From Candidatus Nanohaloarchaea archaeon (GTDB lineage: Archaea > Nanohalarchaeota > Nanosalinia > Nanosalinales > Nanosalinaceae): 57,186 nucleotides of DNA. The notes below the pieces were generated by a model. The model was not told the DNA's origin and ran no database searches. It saw only the letters and a list, made by a program, of their open reading frames with translations. The translations under genes were made by a program, and so were the position numbers. Positions 38,517-48,027 of the stretch are shown here, piece by piece (the stretch's first letter is position 1; every line of letters begins with the position of its first letter). The stretch is from contig JBEQAY010000003.1 in the NCBI GenBank assembly GCA_041640075.1, positions 1 through 57,186 on the forward strand, written 5' to 3'.

Positions 38517-38651
38517 TCTCTTTCAGCGATGCTAAGAACGGTATTTGATCGCAGAAAATTTCTAATTTTCGAGTTCAAAATCCCGGACACCGCAAATTTT
38601 CCCATAGAATTTGCTTGATCAAGAAAATCCCTCTGATTTTCGGACACCGCA
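38496..38651 (+). repeat. Two extra degenerate copies of the tRNA-Gly 3' end
   Basis: GTTCAAATCCCGGACACCGCA (38496), GTTCAAAATCCCGGACACCGCA (38573) and CGGACACCGCA (38641). Confidence 0.85.
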
Positions 38652-38788
38652 AAACTTCTGAAAGCCACTAACTCCTTCGAAGTTAGTTCAAACAGATTCT
38701 GTAAGAAATCTCTGGTTTTTATAATCATAAGCCATGCACAACATACCTTTCAGTTCTTGGAGACACTGTATTCTCTGTTTATCTACAA

Positions 38789-39838
38789 TCAGAACAAGAG
38801 GATCAGAAGTGGTGGCATAAGAGCGAGCAGTGCTGTGAAGATGATGAGGTAGCGGGTTTCCATCATTATAGCGTTGAACGTTTTCTGTAGGAGTCCGTAA
38901 AATGTATCGTAGAAAATCAGGACTACCAACGTAGTGAGTGTAACGGCCAGTGTAAGTGTAAGGACAGCTTGCATTGCTACTGCCGATTTTATGACTACTG
39001 CAGCGATTATAGAACTTATCATAGTAGTCAGGTTTGCTCCCATGAGGTACGGGATTATTTCACGTCTTTTGAAGTATCCACGGTTGTACATCGGAACTAT
39101 TATGCCAACTGAGAGTGCTACGCTAGTTGTAACTAGGGTTATTCCTGCTCCTAGTGCAAACGCTATCCACTTATTAGATAGCTGGAATCTCAGGTATTCT
39201 GAACGGAACTTTTCCTCTCCCAGTCCATGAAATGCTCTGTCAAAGATTCTGAGGCTTACAACAAGCAGCAGTATAGATGAAACGAAAAGAAGTGGTGGAT
39301 TGAAGAAATCCGTCATAAGCTGTGTGAGAGGTTTGAAGAGAGTGTCTAGGCCGTAGTTGAGCCATGCAGGGCCTGAAACTTTAAGGAATGAAAGGTCAAG
39401 TGTTGTAAGTCCTAGGTAGCCGATCAGGATGGCAGGTAAATAGACGAGGTAGGTTGCAAGGAACTGAATTATTCCTATGGAGCAGGAGTCCCTGAGATCG
39501 TCGTTTTTTCCCTGGAGATACTCTAGTAATCCAATGAAGACGACTATAAATGTTGCACCAAGCCTTGAACCTCCTATAAACATGAATACACTTGTTAGTT
39601 CGATTAAACCAGATTTCAGGAATGCTATACCTATAGCAGCAGATGTTGCTCCGTTGAGCACAAGGTATGCGATCAGCCAGCCTGCTCCGAGCGACGATAT
39701 CTCTCCTGTGACCAGTGCTTTGATTATTCCTCTTAATGCTTCGGCTACTGCCTGTGTTGATTCTCCTAGTAACTGAAGGCCGAATATGAACAGGAATATA
39801 GAGAAAGCTGCTATGAGTACTCTCTTTTTCGCGGCCAT
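38789..39838 (-). CDS. Na+/phosphate symporter-like membrane protein
   Basis: Two repeats with GSRLGA and GANLTT motifs; polytopic. Confidence 0.75.
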   Translation of the reverse strand: MAAKKRVLIAAFSIFLFIFGLQLLGESTQAVAEALRGIIKALVTGEISSLGAGWLIAYLVLNGATSAAIGIAFLKSGLIELTSVFMFIGGSRLGATFIVVFIGLLEYLQGKNDDLRDSCSIGIIQFLATYLVYLPAILIGYLGLTTLDLSFLKVSGPAWLNYGLDTLFKPLTQLMTDFFNPPLLFVSSILLLVVSLRIFDRAFHGLGEEKFRSEYLRFQLSNKWIAFALGAGITLVTTSVALSVGIIVPMYNRGYFKRREIIPYLMGANLTTMISSIIAAVVIKSAVAMQAVLTLTLAVTLTTLVVLIFYDTFYGLLQKTFNAIMMETRYLIIFTALLALMPPLLILLF

Positions 39839-39885
39839 GTAAGACAATTTATTTAGTGGTTCAGTGATAAATCTTGCTTGAGGCC

Positions 39886-40407
39886 ATGGAGGATCTTGAC
39901 CGCGAACCGACTGAAGAGCAGAAGCAAAAATTTGAACAGCTTGAAAGTTTTGGAGAAGCCACTGCCGAGGAGTTTTCTGGTCTGCAGGAACGTCTAGGTG
40001 AGAAAGAAGAGATAAATATGATCTCTACTGCTCAGCTAAAGGAAGGGCATAAGTCCGTGCTTTGCCTCACTGATGAAAGACTTATACTGTTTAACTCCAA
40101 GAAGTCGAAGTTGCTGGGTAAGAGAGGGAAGTTTGAAGATATTAGATTGTCCGACATCCTTGATATAGAGGTAGAGGAGCGTAAAGGTTTTGATGTCATT
40201 CGTTTGACTACCAAGGACGGTGAGCGAGAACTCTCTATTCCAGAAGGACAAGGAATGAAGATTACAGGTCTCATCAGAGGACAGCAGAACAGTAATGATG
40301 AAGATCCTGCAGAGAAACTGGAGAAACTGGGTAAGGAAAAGGAGCGCGGTAATATCACCGAGGAAGAGTACGAAGAGAAAAAAGAGGATTTGATGGATCG
40401 TATCTGA
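39886..40407 (+). CDS. Bacterial PH-domain + SHOCT protein
   Basis: LCLTDERLILF (bPH) and LEKL..GNITEEEYEEKKEDLM (SHOCT). Confidence 0.8.
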   Translation: MEDLDREPTEEQKQKFEQLESFGEATAEEFSGLQERLGEKEEINMISTAQLKEGHKSVLCLTDERLILFNSKKSKLLGKRGKFEDIRLSDILDIEVEERKGFDVIRLTTKDGERELSIPEGQGMKITGLIRGQQNSNDEDPAEKLEKLGKEKERGNITEEEYEEKKEDLMDRI

Positions 40408-40527
40408 ATTTCTACAGTTTTACTTAATTTGATTTATAAAGATAAGAGAGGAATTGGTTATTGTTGAATGGACTGGTTAAAGGGATTGAAGAAGTATCTA
40501 GTCCGTGTCCGCACTAGGGTGATCCAA

Positions 40528-41763
40528 ATGACTGACGAAGAAGTTTCTGGAAAATTTGATGAAAAGAAGGATGAAGAAAAAGCAGAAGAAAAAGATACTA
40601 GAGACAGTTCTAACTCTGAAGATGAGAAGAAACAGAAAGTACAGTTCCCACAGTACTTCCAGCAACAACAAAAGAAACAAAGAAACCCTAACGGCACAAA
40701 CCTAACTACACCAGTCCTGAGAGGAGTTGTAGTTTCAGAATTCGACGGAGACAGGATCTGGGTAGAGGCATCAGGAAACATGAAAGGACGCTACGGAGTT
40801 GAAATACCTGAAGGATACAATCCTGAAGAGTTCCAGCCAGGAACAGAAGTAGCACTCGACCCAAACAGCTTCAAGGTAACAGATATTGTAGAAAAAGGTA
40901 AAGACGCCGAATTTGATGAAGTGGAAACAGATGTAACTTTCCAGGACATTGGAGGACTTGATCATGTGATCAAAAGCCTTTCCTCAAATGTTGGAGCACA
41001 GCTAAACTCCGATAAGAAGAAGAAAATAGAGGAATGGGGTATGGACATGGACAAGTCCACTCTTCTGGTCGGAAGACCGGGAACAGGAAAGACACATCTT
41101 GTCAAGGCATTAAGCAACGAGTACGACGCTGACATGTTCATGATAAACGGTCCACAGCTGGTTGAAAAATTCATTGGAGAAGGAGCCAAGAAAGTCAAGA
41201 GGCTCTATGAACAGGCAAGGGCTTCTGAAAGACCTGCAATCGTCTTTATCGACGAAATAGACGCAATCGCAAAGAAGAGACTTGACGACAGACGTCACGG
41301 AGGCGAAGAAGTTGAAAGGACAATGAGCCAGCTACTATCCGAGCTTGATGGACTGGATACAGAGGAAGATGGAAACGTCATCTCGATCTTCGCATCCAAC
41401 ACACCAGACATCATGGATCCAGCACTTCTAAACAGGTGTAGCGCGATTGAAGTCCCTGTACCAGACAAAGAAGCCAAGAAGGAAATTCTCAAGGTTCATA
41501 CACGCAAGATTGACCTAGAAGATGGAGTCAATCTGGAAATGATCGTGGATGAGATGAGCGAGGACTTCACCGGCCGAGACATCAAGCAGATCGTACGCCA
41601 GGCCTCAATCAACGCACTTGACCGCTCAGAAGACTTCTCTGAGGCAATAGTCGGTATGGAGGACTTCAACGAAGCTATCAAAGACCTCAAGGAAGGAAAC
41701 GTTGGAGTAGAGAAGGACTTCCTGGGCAACAGAGAAAACACGCCTGAGGAAATGTTTGCCTAA
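40528..41763 (+). CDS. Divergent proteasome-activating nucleotidase-like AAA ATPase
   Basis: OB-like region, DIGGL, GRPGTGKT, pore loop KFIGEG, FIDEIDAI, C-terminal EMFA; SD GGGTGA before ATG 40528. Confidence 0.8.
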   Translation: MTDEEVSGKFDEKKDEEKAEEKDTRDSSNSEDEKKQKVQFPQYFQQQQKKQRNPNGTNLTTPVLRGVVVSEFDGDRIWVEASGNMKGRYGVEIPEGYNPEEFQPGTEVALDPNSFKVTDIVEKGKDAEFDEVETDVTFQDIGGLDHVIKSLSSNVGAQLNSDKKKKIEEWGMDMDKSTLLVGRPGTGKTHLVKALSNEYDADMFMINGPQLVEKFIGEGAKKVKRLYEQARASERPAIVFIDEIDAIAKKRLDDRRHGGEEVERTMSQLLSELDGLDTEEDGNVISIFASNTPDIMDPALLNRCSAIEVPVPDKEAKKEILKVHTRKIDLEDGVNLEMIVDEMSEDFTGRDIKQIVRQASINALDRSEDFSEAIVGMEDFNEAIKDLKEGNVGVEKDFLGNRENTPEEMFA

Positions 41764-41802
41764 AAACTTCACATTTTTCTCTTCCAATTTAATTGATACA
41801 AG

Positions 41803-42015
41803 ATGACAGAGATCAATAAAGAGTTCAGGCTTGATGAAGACGACCTAGCTGATCTACTTAGAGATATAGCTGATGCACTGGAAAACGAGAACCAGTTAAA
41901 CATTGAGTTCGGTGACGAGAAACTTATCCAGCCTCTCGGCGGAAAAACACCCATGAGAGTTTACCAGGATGAAGAAGGCACTGAGTTCGGCTTCAAACTG
42001 GAAGGAGAAGAATAG
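41803..42015 (+). CDS. Amphi-Trp-like small protein
   Basis: DLADLLRDIADALE amphipathic helix followed by beta strands. Confidence 0.55.
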   Translation: MTEINKEFRLDEDDLADLLRDIADALENENQLNIEFGDEKLIQPLGGKTPMRVYQDEEGTEFGFKLEGEE

Positions 42016-42019
42016 GAAT

Positions 42020-42484
42020 TCAGTCCAGTAGATTTCCTAATTCTTTATTCACTTCTGCAAAGTTTTTACCGCTGTACCTGGTCTTGGGCCAGAGATCAAA
42101 TCCGTCATCTTCCTCTCTAAGAACCACGTGAGTGTGGAAATGCTGGATTGACTGCTGTGCCGGCTTACCGTTCGCACTAAGGATGTTAACACCTGTGTAG
42201 CGGGATTCCTCTTTCAACCGGTCGACAAGGCTCTTGACTTCGGAGAAAAAGTTTTCCACCTCTTCCTGATTCATCTCGAAAATATCTTTAGCGTGTTTCT
42301 TCGGTACGACCAGGAGATGCGCCTCTTTCAAGGCACCTGATTTCAGTGGAGGGAAAACTGCTATATGCTCATTCTGGAATATTATTTTCTCGTGATCTTC
42401 CTCGATTAATCTACAGAAAACGCATTCTCCTTTTACTTTTTCTAGGTAAGCAGTCTTCAGTTTTTCCTTCAAATCCTCCAGCAT
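42020..42484 (-). CDS. HIT family hydrolase
   Basis: CVFC, HLLVVPKKH and QSIQHFHTHVV. Confidence 0.92.
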   Translation of the reverse strand: MLEDLKEKLKTAYLEKVKGECVFCRLIEEDHEKIIFQNEHIAVFPPLKSGALKEAHLLVVPKKHAKDIFEMNQEEVENFFSEVKSLVDRLKEESRYTGVNILSANGKPAQQSIQHFHTHVVLREEDDGFDLWPKTRYSGKNFAEVNKELGNLLD

Positions 42485-42555
42485 AATTTTTCTAGACCCT
42501 TGAAAGGATTTATCAGTTTCGATAGTTCAGAGGAAAACAGGAATTAGAGAGGATT

Positions 42556-43236
42556 CTAGTCTATTTTCTCTTTCTCTGTGTCCCATTCAGGCCCTATCTC
42601 CGACAGATTCTTTGAGACGTGTTGAATAATCTTCTCAAGTTTCTTTTCCTTCTCCATAGTGCTTGAAGACAGGAGGAAGTCCTGCGAAAGTTTGTACATG
42701 TATCCATCAAACTCCTGAAGTTTCTCCAGCCTGTAATTTTTCTTTACAGGTACTCTCCCTTTCAAGATGTACTGTTTCTGTAAGAGATATTGGAATAGCT
42801 GGTTCATCATGAATCTTTTCTGTGATACGTCCTTGGAAGGTACGTCCTGTTTCATATCCCAGATACTGTAGCTTATCTCCTGTAACTCCTTTTCAGAGAG
42901 ATCCAGTTTTTCTTTCCTGGTTTTTTGAGCTTCCTTTTCCAGTTCGTTGAAGAAGTTATCTTCGTCGTACCTAATGTCCGCGGTGGTGAACCAGCGGTAG
43001 TTCCGCCACCAGTCATCGTTTTCCAGGTATTTTTCAGACCAATCCCTCGAGTTGAAGAATTTTTCAACCACCACGCCGTCAACTTCTTCCGTCACTCTTT
43101 TCCGCCAGTTGCCCTCCACAACTGCATAGAGATCCAGGTCGTTATGTTCCCCCTCCGGGTTTCTGGCATAACTACCTACTGCAGCCACTGCTTTGACGTC
43201 TTCTCTCTGCTTGAGTTCCTCGACCTGTCTCTCCAC
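42556..43236 (-). CDS. Pol-beta superfamily nucleotidyltransferase domain protein
   Basis: GSYAR ... DLDLY motif plus helical C-terminal domain. Confidence 0.8.
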   Translation of the reverse strand: MERQVEELKQREDVKAVAAVGSYARNPEGEHNDLDLYAVVEGNWRKRVTEEVDGVVVEKFFNSRDWSEKYLENDDWWRNYRWFTTADIRYDEDNFFNELEKEAQKTRKEKLDLSEKELQEISYSIWDMKQDVPSKDVSQKRFMMNQLFQYLLQKQYILKGRVPVKKNYRLEKLQEFDGYMYKLSQDFLLSSSTMEKEKKLEKIIQHVSKNLSEIGPEWDTEKEKID

Positions 43237-43256
43237 AAATTCTTCCTAAATATGTG

Positions 43257-43715
43257 TCATTTTGCTTCGGAGATCGCTTCCTCAAGTTCATCCGGTTTCT
43301 GAGATCCTATCACAATTTCCGTGTCGTCTTCCATGGTCAGGCGGACACATTCCTCCCCTTCCACGCTGTAAGCCATCTTATATCTGAAAGGGAGCCATCT
43401 CCAGCCCCAGCCACCGAACTCCTTCAAAGGGGAGTACTCTTCAGCCGCAAAACTTTTCACCTCATCCAGGAAAATTTTCCTGGGCCTGAAGAAGTGGAAA
43501 GGGAAGAATCGGACGGAGATATAGTCTTCTTCAACATTTACCTCCAGTCTGGCAAAGTAGAGAAGTGCTATAGCTATCAGGATAGCTGCTACAGCAGATA
43601 AACTTATCAAAAGTTTTGAGGAGACTGCAAGAGTTGAAAGAATAGGTACAAGTGCGATTACAAGTAGTACCCATAGTTTTGAATGCCTGAAGTCCTGCTC
43701 TTCCTCGAATATCAT
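43257..43715 (-). CDS. DUF6141-like membrane protein
   Basis: FEEEQDF, EFGGWGWR and IGSQKPDEL. Confidence 0.7.
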   Translation of the reverse strand: MIFEEEQDFRHSKLWVLLVIALVPILSTLAVSSKLLISLSAVAAILIAIALLYFARLEVNVEEDYISVRFFPFHFFRPRKIFLDEVKSFAAEEYSPLKEFGGWGWRWLPFRYKMAYSVEGEECVRLTMEDDTEIVIGSQKPDELEEAISEAK

Positions 43716-44611
43716 TATATCTCCTGCATCAGGATTTTTCTTGCCTTTTCAGCGTCAGCCTTTCCGTTTGTCTCCTTCATTATCTGGCCGATGAAAAAGT
43801 TGACTGCTGAGTCCCTGCCATCCTGGAAGTCTTCGACGGCACCAGGATTTTCCTCTATCACATCAGCAACTTTCTCTTCCAGGTTAAAACTTTCTTCCTC
43901 CGGCAACTCACCTTTTCCGGAGAACGACTCAACTAGTCTCTGCATATGTGTCTGGTCGTCAGCCCTGGAGAGAATCTTCTCACCGACATCTTCCTCGAAA
44001 TCTATACCTTCCCTGTTGAACGCTTTCAGGAGATTCAGGATATCCTCTGCCTCGAAATCTTCCGCCAGATCAAGGAAAACTTTCCTGTACCCTTTATTTA
44101 CCACAAAGATGGCAGATTCCTCCTCAAGACCTTTATCGCAGATTTCATGTATATCCTCATCTGTGGAGACAGCTATGTCCCTTTTCTCAACTTCAAAATC
44201 TGATTTAACCAGTGCCTCACTGAAATCTCTGGTATCAATGATAACACCACGAGTCTTCTCACCTACAGTGTGAGAGACTCTCTCGTTCTCAAATATCCTT
44301 TCGTCTGCTATGTGCTTCAAGTCTGTAGAGAACGGATGTACAGTACCTGATTCAAATCCTGTGATTTTTTCGGATTCCTCTGGCGGCACCATCCTATATT
44401 CCGTGCCAAATTTCCGTTCCGAGAGTGTTCTGTCGCCAGGAAGCAGTACATGGAATTTTTCACCCTCTGATTCGATTATCAGGCTTTTGACGATCTGCCG
44501 GGTTTTCACTCCACGCTCCTTTGCAGCATCGTCACAGCTTTTCGTTGGATTCTCCTGCACAACTTCTTCGTAAGGGATTTCAAGTTCATTCAGTTTTCTG
44601 TCAGCTTTCAT
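43715..44611 (-). CDS. YbaK/ProX aminoacyl-tRNA deacylase fused to a GatB/YqeY tRNA-binding domain
   Basis: IVKSL and TGFESGTVHPF (YbaK); C-terminus aligns by eye with the GatB C-terminus in this window. Confidence 0.8.
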   Translation of the reverse strand: MKADRKLNELEIPYEEVVQENPTKSCDDAAKERGVKTRQIVKSLIIESEGEKFHVLLPGDRTLSERKFGTEYRMVPPEESEKITGFESGTVHPFSTDLKHIADERIFENERVSHTVGEKTRGVIIDTRDFSEALVKSDFEVEKRDIAVSTDEDIHEICDKGLEEESAIFVVNKGYRKVFLDLAEDFEAEDILNLLKAFNREGIDFEEDVGEKILSRADDQTHMQRLVESFSGKGELPEEESFNLEEKVADVIEENPGAVEDFQDGRDSAVNFFIGQIMKETNGKADAEKARKILMQEI

Positions 44612-45074
44612 CCTGTTGCACCTGTTCTAGAGCTGTCTCAAATTTTTCCATGTACTCCTCAAAAGTACCTTTGAAACCGGTGTGAAGAGGTTCTGGAAAG
44701 TTCCCTGGTTTTGCCCATTTCAGGTCGTCGATCTTCTCGGGTTCATTGATCTCTACCTCTTTAGAATCAACTTTAGCGAAGAAAGGTATTGCCAGCCAGT
44801 GAGTGCTCTCTCCTTCGTGCTCACGGAAAACTCCATGAGCAGGAAGCCTGTCAAATATTTCGCATCCAGCCCCGAGCTCCTCCTTGATTTCTTTCCGTAC
44901 ATTTTCCTCAAGCTCAAGTCCTTTCTCCAGCTTTCCGCTTCCTGGATCCCAGCGACCGGATTCGTCACGTGTTTTACTGCTTCTTAACTGGAAAAGTATT
45001 CTTCCCCGGCTGTCACAGCAGTAGAAAGGTTTTGCGACACCTATAACGTCTTTACCTAGGCGTTCCCTGTTCAT
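44601..45074 (-). CDS. NUDIX hydrolase
   Basis: GKLEKGLELEENVRKEIKEELG Nudix box. Confidence 0.88.
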   Translation of the reverse strand: MNRERLGKDVIGVAKPFYCCDSRGRILFQLRSSKTRDESGRWDPGSGKLEKGLELEENVRKEIKEELGAGCEIFDRLPAHGVFREHEGESTHWLAIPFFAKVDSKEVEINEPEKIDDLKWAKPGNFPEPLHTGFKGTFEEYMEKFETALEQVQQDES

Positions 45075-46486
45075 ACTTGCTCAAGTTCTTCGAGAATTTT
45101 TTCTCTGGCAGTTTTTGGATCGGCCTTGCCCTGTGAAAGATTCATGACCTGTCCGACCAGGAAGTTTACTGCTTCCTCGTCACCAGATTCATAGTCTTCA
45201 ACTGCTTCAGGGTTCTCTTCAACTGCCTCCTTCACAAACTCATCTATCTCAGATTCCTCAGCCTTCAAGAGATCCTCCTCTTCAACTACTTCCTCAGGGT
45301 TTCTTGACTCCCCTACCACTTCTCTGAGCAACATCTCTGCATTTCTGTCTGATATCTTATCTTCGTTGATAAGCTGAAGCATATAGTCCACAGAGTCAAG
45401 TTCAAGAACTGCCTCTTCATAGGTCAGTTCGTTGTAGTTAAGCACTTTCTTCAGGTCTCCTGTCATCCAGGATGCGACAAGGTCTGCATCAAATTTTTCT
45501 GCAAGTTCCTCGAAGTCGTCAGCTAGCTTGGACTCTGTGATAAGTGATTCCACAAGCTTGTCCTTTAAACCGTATTCCTCCTTGAAGCGCTCAAACTTCT
45601 CCTGCGGAAGCTCAGGTAGAGAATCTCTTATCTCTTTTCTAAGCTCCTCGTTAAGCTCCTGCCGTGTAAGATCCGGATCAAAGATGTATCCATAGTCTTC
45701 TTCTGTCTCCTTCTGTCTCAGAGACTCTGTTGCACCCATGTCAGAGTTAAAGCTCCTGGTCTGCTGTTCGACTTCTTTATTTCTTTTCTTCAGCTGTTTC
45801 TGTCTTGATATTTCGTAGTTCAACGCTTTTTCGACTTCTGAGGTTCCTGTAATGTTTTTGACCTCGACGCGCTGGCCTCCATCGATTGAGATGTTTGCAT
45901 CGCTCTTGATGGAGTAATCTGAGTCAGGGTGGTACAGATCAAGGTACTGTAGCATCTGTGCCAGCTGCTGTAGGTAAGCTCTTGCCTCTTCCGCGGAGCT
46001 GAAATCCGGTTTAGTAACTATTTCGATCAGCGGTGTTCCAGCACGGTTGTAGTCCACTTTTGTGTAGTCGGAGTCTGATATACTTCCTCCTGCGTGCTTC
46101 ATTTTGGCCGGATCTTCTTCTATATGTATTCTTTTGATTCTGATGTCCAGTTCCTCGTCGCTTATTTTGACTTTTTTCTTTCCGTCTTCTCCTACCGGCA
46201 GCTCGTACTGTGTGATCTGGTAGTTTTTTGACATGTCCGGGTAGAAGTATGTTTTACGTGAGAAGAATACGTCTTCGTTTACTTCACAGTTCAGTGCTTC
46301 TGAAGCTGTTACTGCTTGTTTAACTACTTCTTCATTCAGTTGTGGCTTGCTTCCTGGGTGTCCAAGACATGTTTCACATACGTGTGTGTTTGGTTCCTCA
46401 GCTTCCCTGTTTGGACAGCTGCAGAAGAGTTTGGTTTCTGTATCTAGCTGGACGTGGGTTTCAAGCCCGATTTTTACTTCGGTCAT
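45071..46486 (-). CDS. gatB: Asp/Glu-tRNA amidotransferase subunit B
   Basis: IGLETHVQL, RKTYFYPD, HIEED and DYNRAGTPLIEIVT. Confidence 0.97.
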   Translation of the reverse strand: MTEVKIGLETHVQLDTETKLFCSCPNREAEEPNTHVCETCLGHPGSKPQLNEEVVKQAVTASEALNCEVNEDVFFSRKTYFYPDMSKNYQITQYELPVGEDGKKKVKISDEELDIRIKRIHIEEDPAKMKHAGGSISDSDYTKVDYNRAGTPLIEIVTKPDFSSAEEARAYLQQLAQMLQYLDLYHPDSDYSIKSDANISIDGGQRVEVKNITGTSEVEKALNYEISRQKQLKKRNKEVEQQTRSFNSDMGATESLRQKETEEDYGYIFDPDLTRQELNEELRKEIRDSLPELPQEKFERFKEEYGLKDKLVESLITESKLADDFEELAEKFDADLVASWMTGDLKKVLNYNELTYEEAVLELDSVDYMLQLINEDKISDRNAEMLLREVVGESRNPEEVVEEEDLLKAEESEIDEFVKEAVEENPEAVEDYESGDEEAVNFLVGQVMNLSQGKADPKTAREKILEELEQV

Positions 46487-46548
46487 AAAGAAGTAGTGAA
46501 CTGAAATTCTTTTTTACCTTTAGGCCGGAACAGAAATTTTCCCGGTCT

Positions 46549-47991
46549 TCAGTACTCTCTTTCCTTCATGTAGTCCGCAAGGAGTTCAAGGTTCTCAGTT
46601 CCTCCTGGTATCTCTGCTTCCTCAAGGTGATGGATAGCTTTCTCGATCTTCTCCTCGTAGTGGTCTGAGGCTGTCTCGTGCTTGTAGATCGCGTCGGCAA
46701 CCTCTGTAAGCTGGTCATCAGTAATATCTTCTCTACCATAGAATCCTTCTATCAATGCCTTTTGATATTCAAGATCTCTCTTGTGATTCTGTAGAACTTC
46801 TGCTCTTTGATCATCTAATTCAAGCACGTCTGATTCTACTTCATCAAGTTTCTCCTCGATATTGTTGTATGCCGTGAGAACGGGTAGAGTTGTTTTTCCG
46901 TTGTAGATATCGGTTGCTTCCTTTCCAAGATCTTCGTCCTCGGCTTCACCGTTTTCTGTGTAGCTTGAGACGCTTCTGATCTCGTTGATATCGTCCCTGA
47001 TCTGGAAAGGGATACCCATGTTTCTGGCAAATCTTCTGAGGTGATCTCTCTGTTCTTCTGAAGCGTTGGCTGCTGTAGCCCCCATATCGACAGATGCAAC
47101 ATAGAGATCCACAGTCTTCTTATCAATCATGTCAACGTAGAGATCTTCAGCAGTATCAGAATCTCCTATAAGGAAGTCCGTGTATGGCTGGTCTTCTCCC
47201 TCGAAAAGCTTGTTGAGGTCGATGTGTTCCATGCTGAGATCTCTTACCTGACCCTGGATAATCCTGTCACCAGCTCCAATAAGCGTTCTCGCCATCTCAT
47301 TCTTTTTCTCGGCTGTGAAGCCGGAGTCAAGTATCATCTGGTGAGCGAACTCTCGGAGATCGTTTCCTTCATGCATCGCAATGTTTACACCGTGTCGCTC
47401 TGCTTCTTCGCCTTCGAGTCCTCTCCCTTCGGCTTTCTCTTTTTCAGAGACCCATCCTGTCGGAACAAGTCTCCTGACTTCGTCCCAGTCGTTGATATCG
47501 TCGTGGAAAAGCGTAAAATTATGGTACAGTTCCACTGAAAGCGATACCTCTTCAAGTTCCTCCTGATATTTTTCTCCCGGAGTTATGTCTCTCTGTTCTG
47601 CGTCCTGCAGTGCATCTTCGTTCAAAATTTCGCCCCATTCTGCGTCTTCTTCGACAGTTGATCTCCCTACCTCTCGGGTTGAGAATGGTCTTAGTCTTTT
47701 CGGTCCTTTATCGGATCTTGGGACTGTGAACCTGTTCATCTCCTCTACAACTTCTCTCTCAGGTTTGTGGGAGTTAAGCTGGACGTTTTCATCTTCAGCA
47801 AGGTCAAGCTCTGGAGAAATACCTCCACCACCAGTCAAACGTGCTTTCAGCTCGTCGAAAGCCTCGTCAAGATCATCGTTGATCCTGGCTCTCTCCGGCG
47901 CAAGAACGTCTGCATCGAAGTCACGGCTTTCGATTTCAGTTTCACGATTCCTTTCTGCTGAGATAGTATTTCCCCTCCCGACGTACACCAA
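46549..47991 (-). CDS. Polyprenyl (GGPP-type) diphosphate synthase with insertions
   Basis: KRLRP, HNFTLFHDDIND..RR, KKT and FQIRDD. Confidence 0.85.
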   Translation of the reverse strand: MVYVGRGNTISAERNRETEIESRDFDADVLAPERARINDDLDEAFDELKARLTGGGGISPELDLAEDENVQLNSHKPEREVVEEMNRFTVPRSDKGPKRLRPFSTREVGRSTVEEDAEWGEILNEDALQDAEQRDITPGEKYQEELEEVSLSVELYHNFTLFHDDINDWDEVRRLVPTGWVSEKEKAEGRGLEGEEAERHGVNIAMHEGNDLREFAHQMILDSGFTAEKKNEMARTLIGAGDRIIQGQVRDLSMEHIDLNKLFEGEDQPYTDFLIGDSDTAEDLYVDMIDKKTVDLYVASVDMGATAANASEEQRDHLRRFARNMGIPFQIRDDINEIRSVSSYTENGEAEDEDLGKEATDIYNGKTTLPVLTAYNNIEEKLDEVESDVLELDDQRAEVLQNHKRDLEYQKALIEGFYGREDITDDQLTEVADAIYKHETASDHYEEKIEKAIHHLEEAEIPGGTENLELLADYMKEREY

Positions 47992-48027
47992 GATTATTCA
48001 ATGACTTTTTTATTGATAGGTAACAAA

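Noticed and set aside
42020..43236. MNT-HEPN toxin-antitoxin pair
   Set aside because: The neighbours are HIT and DUF6141-like genes; no adjacent HEPN Rx4-6H protein.
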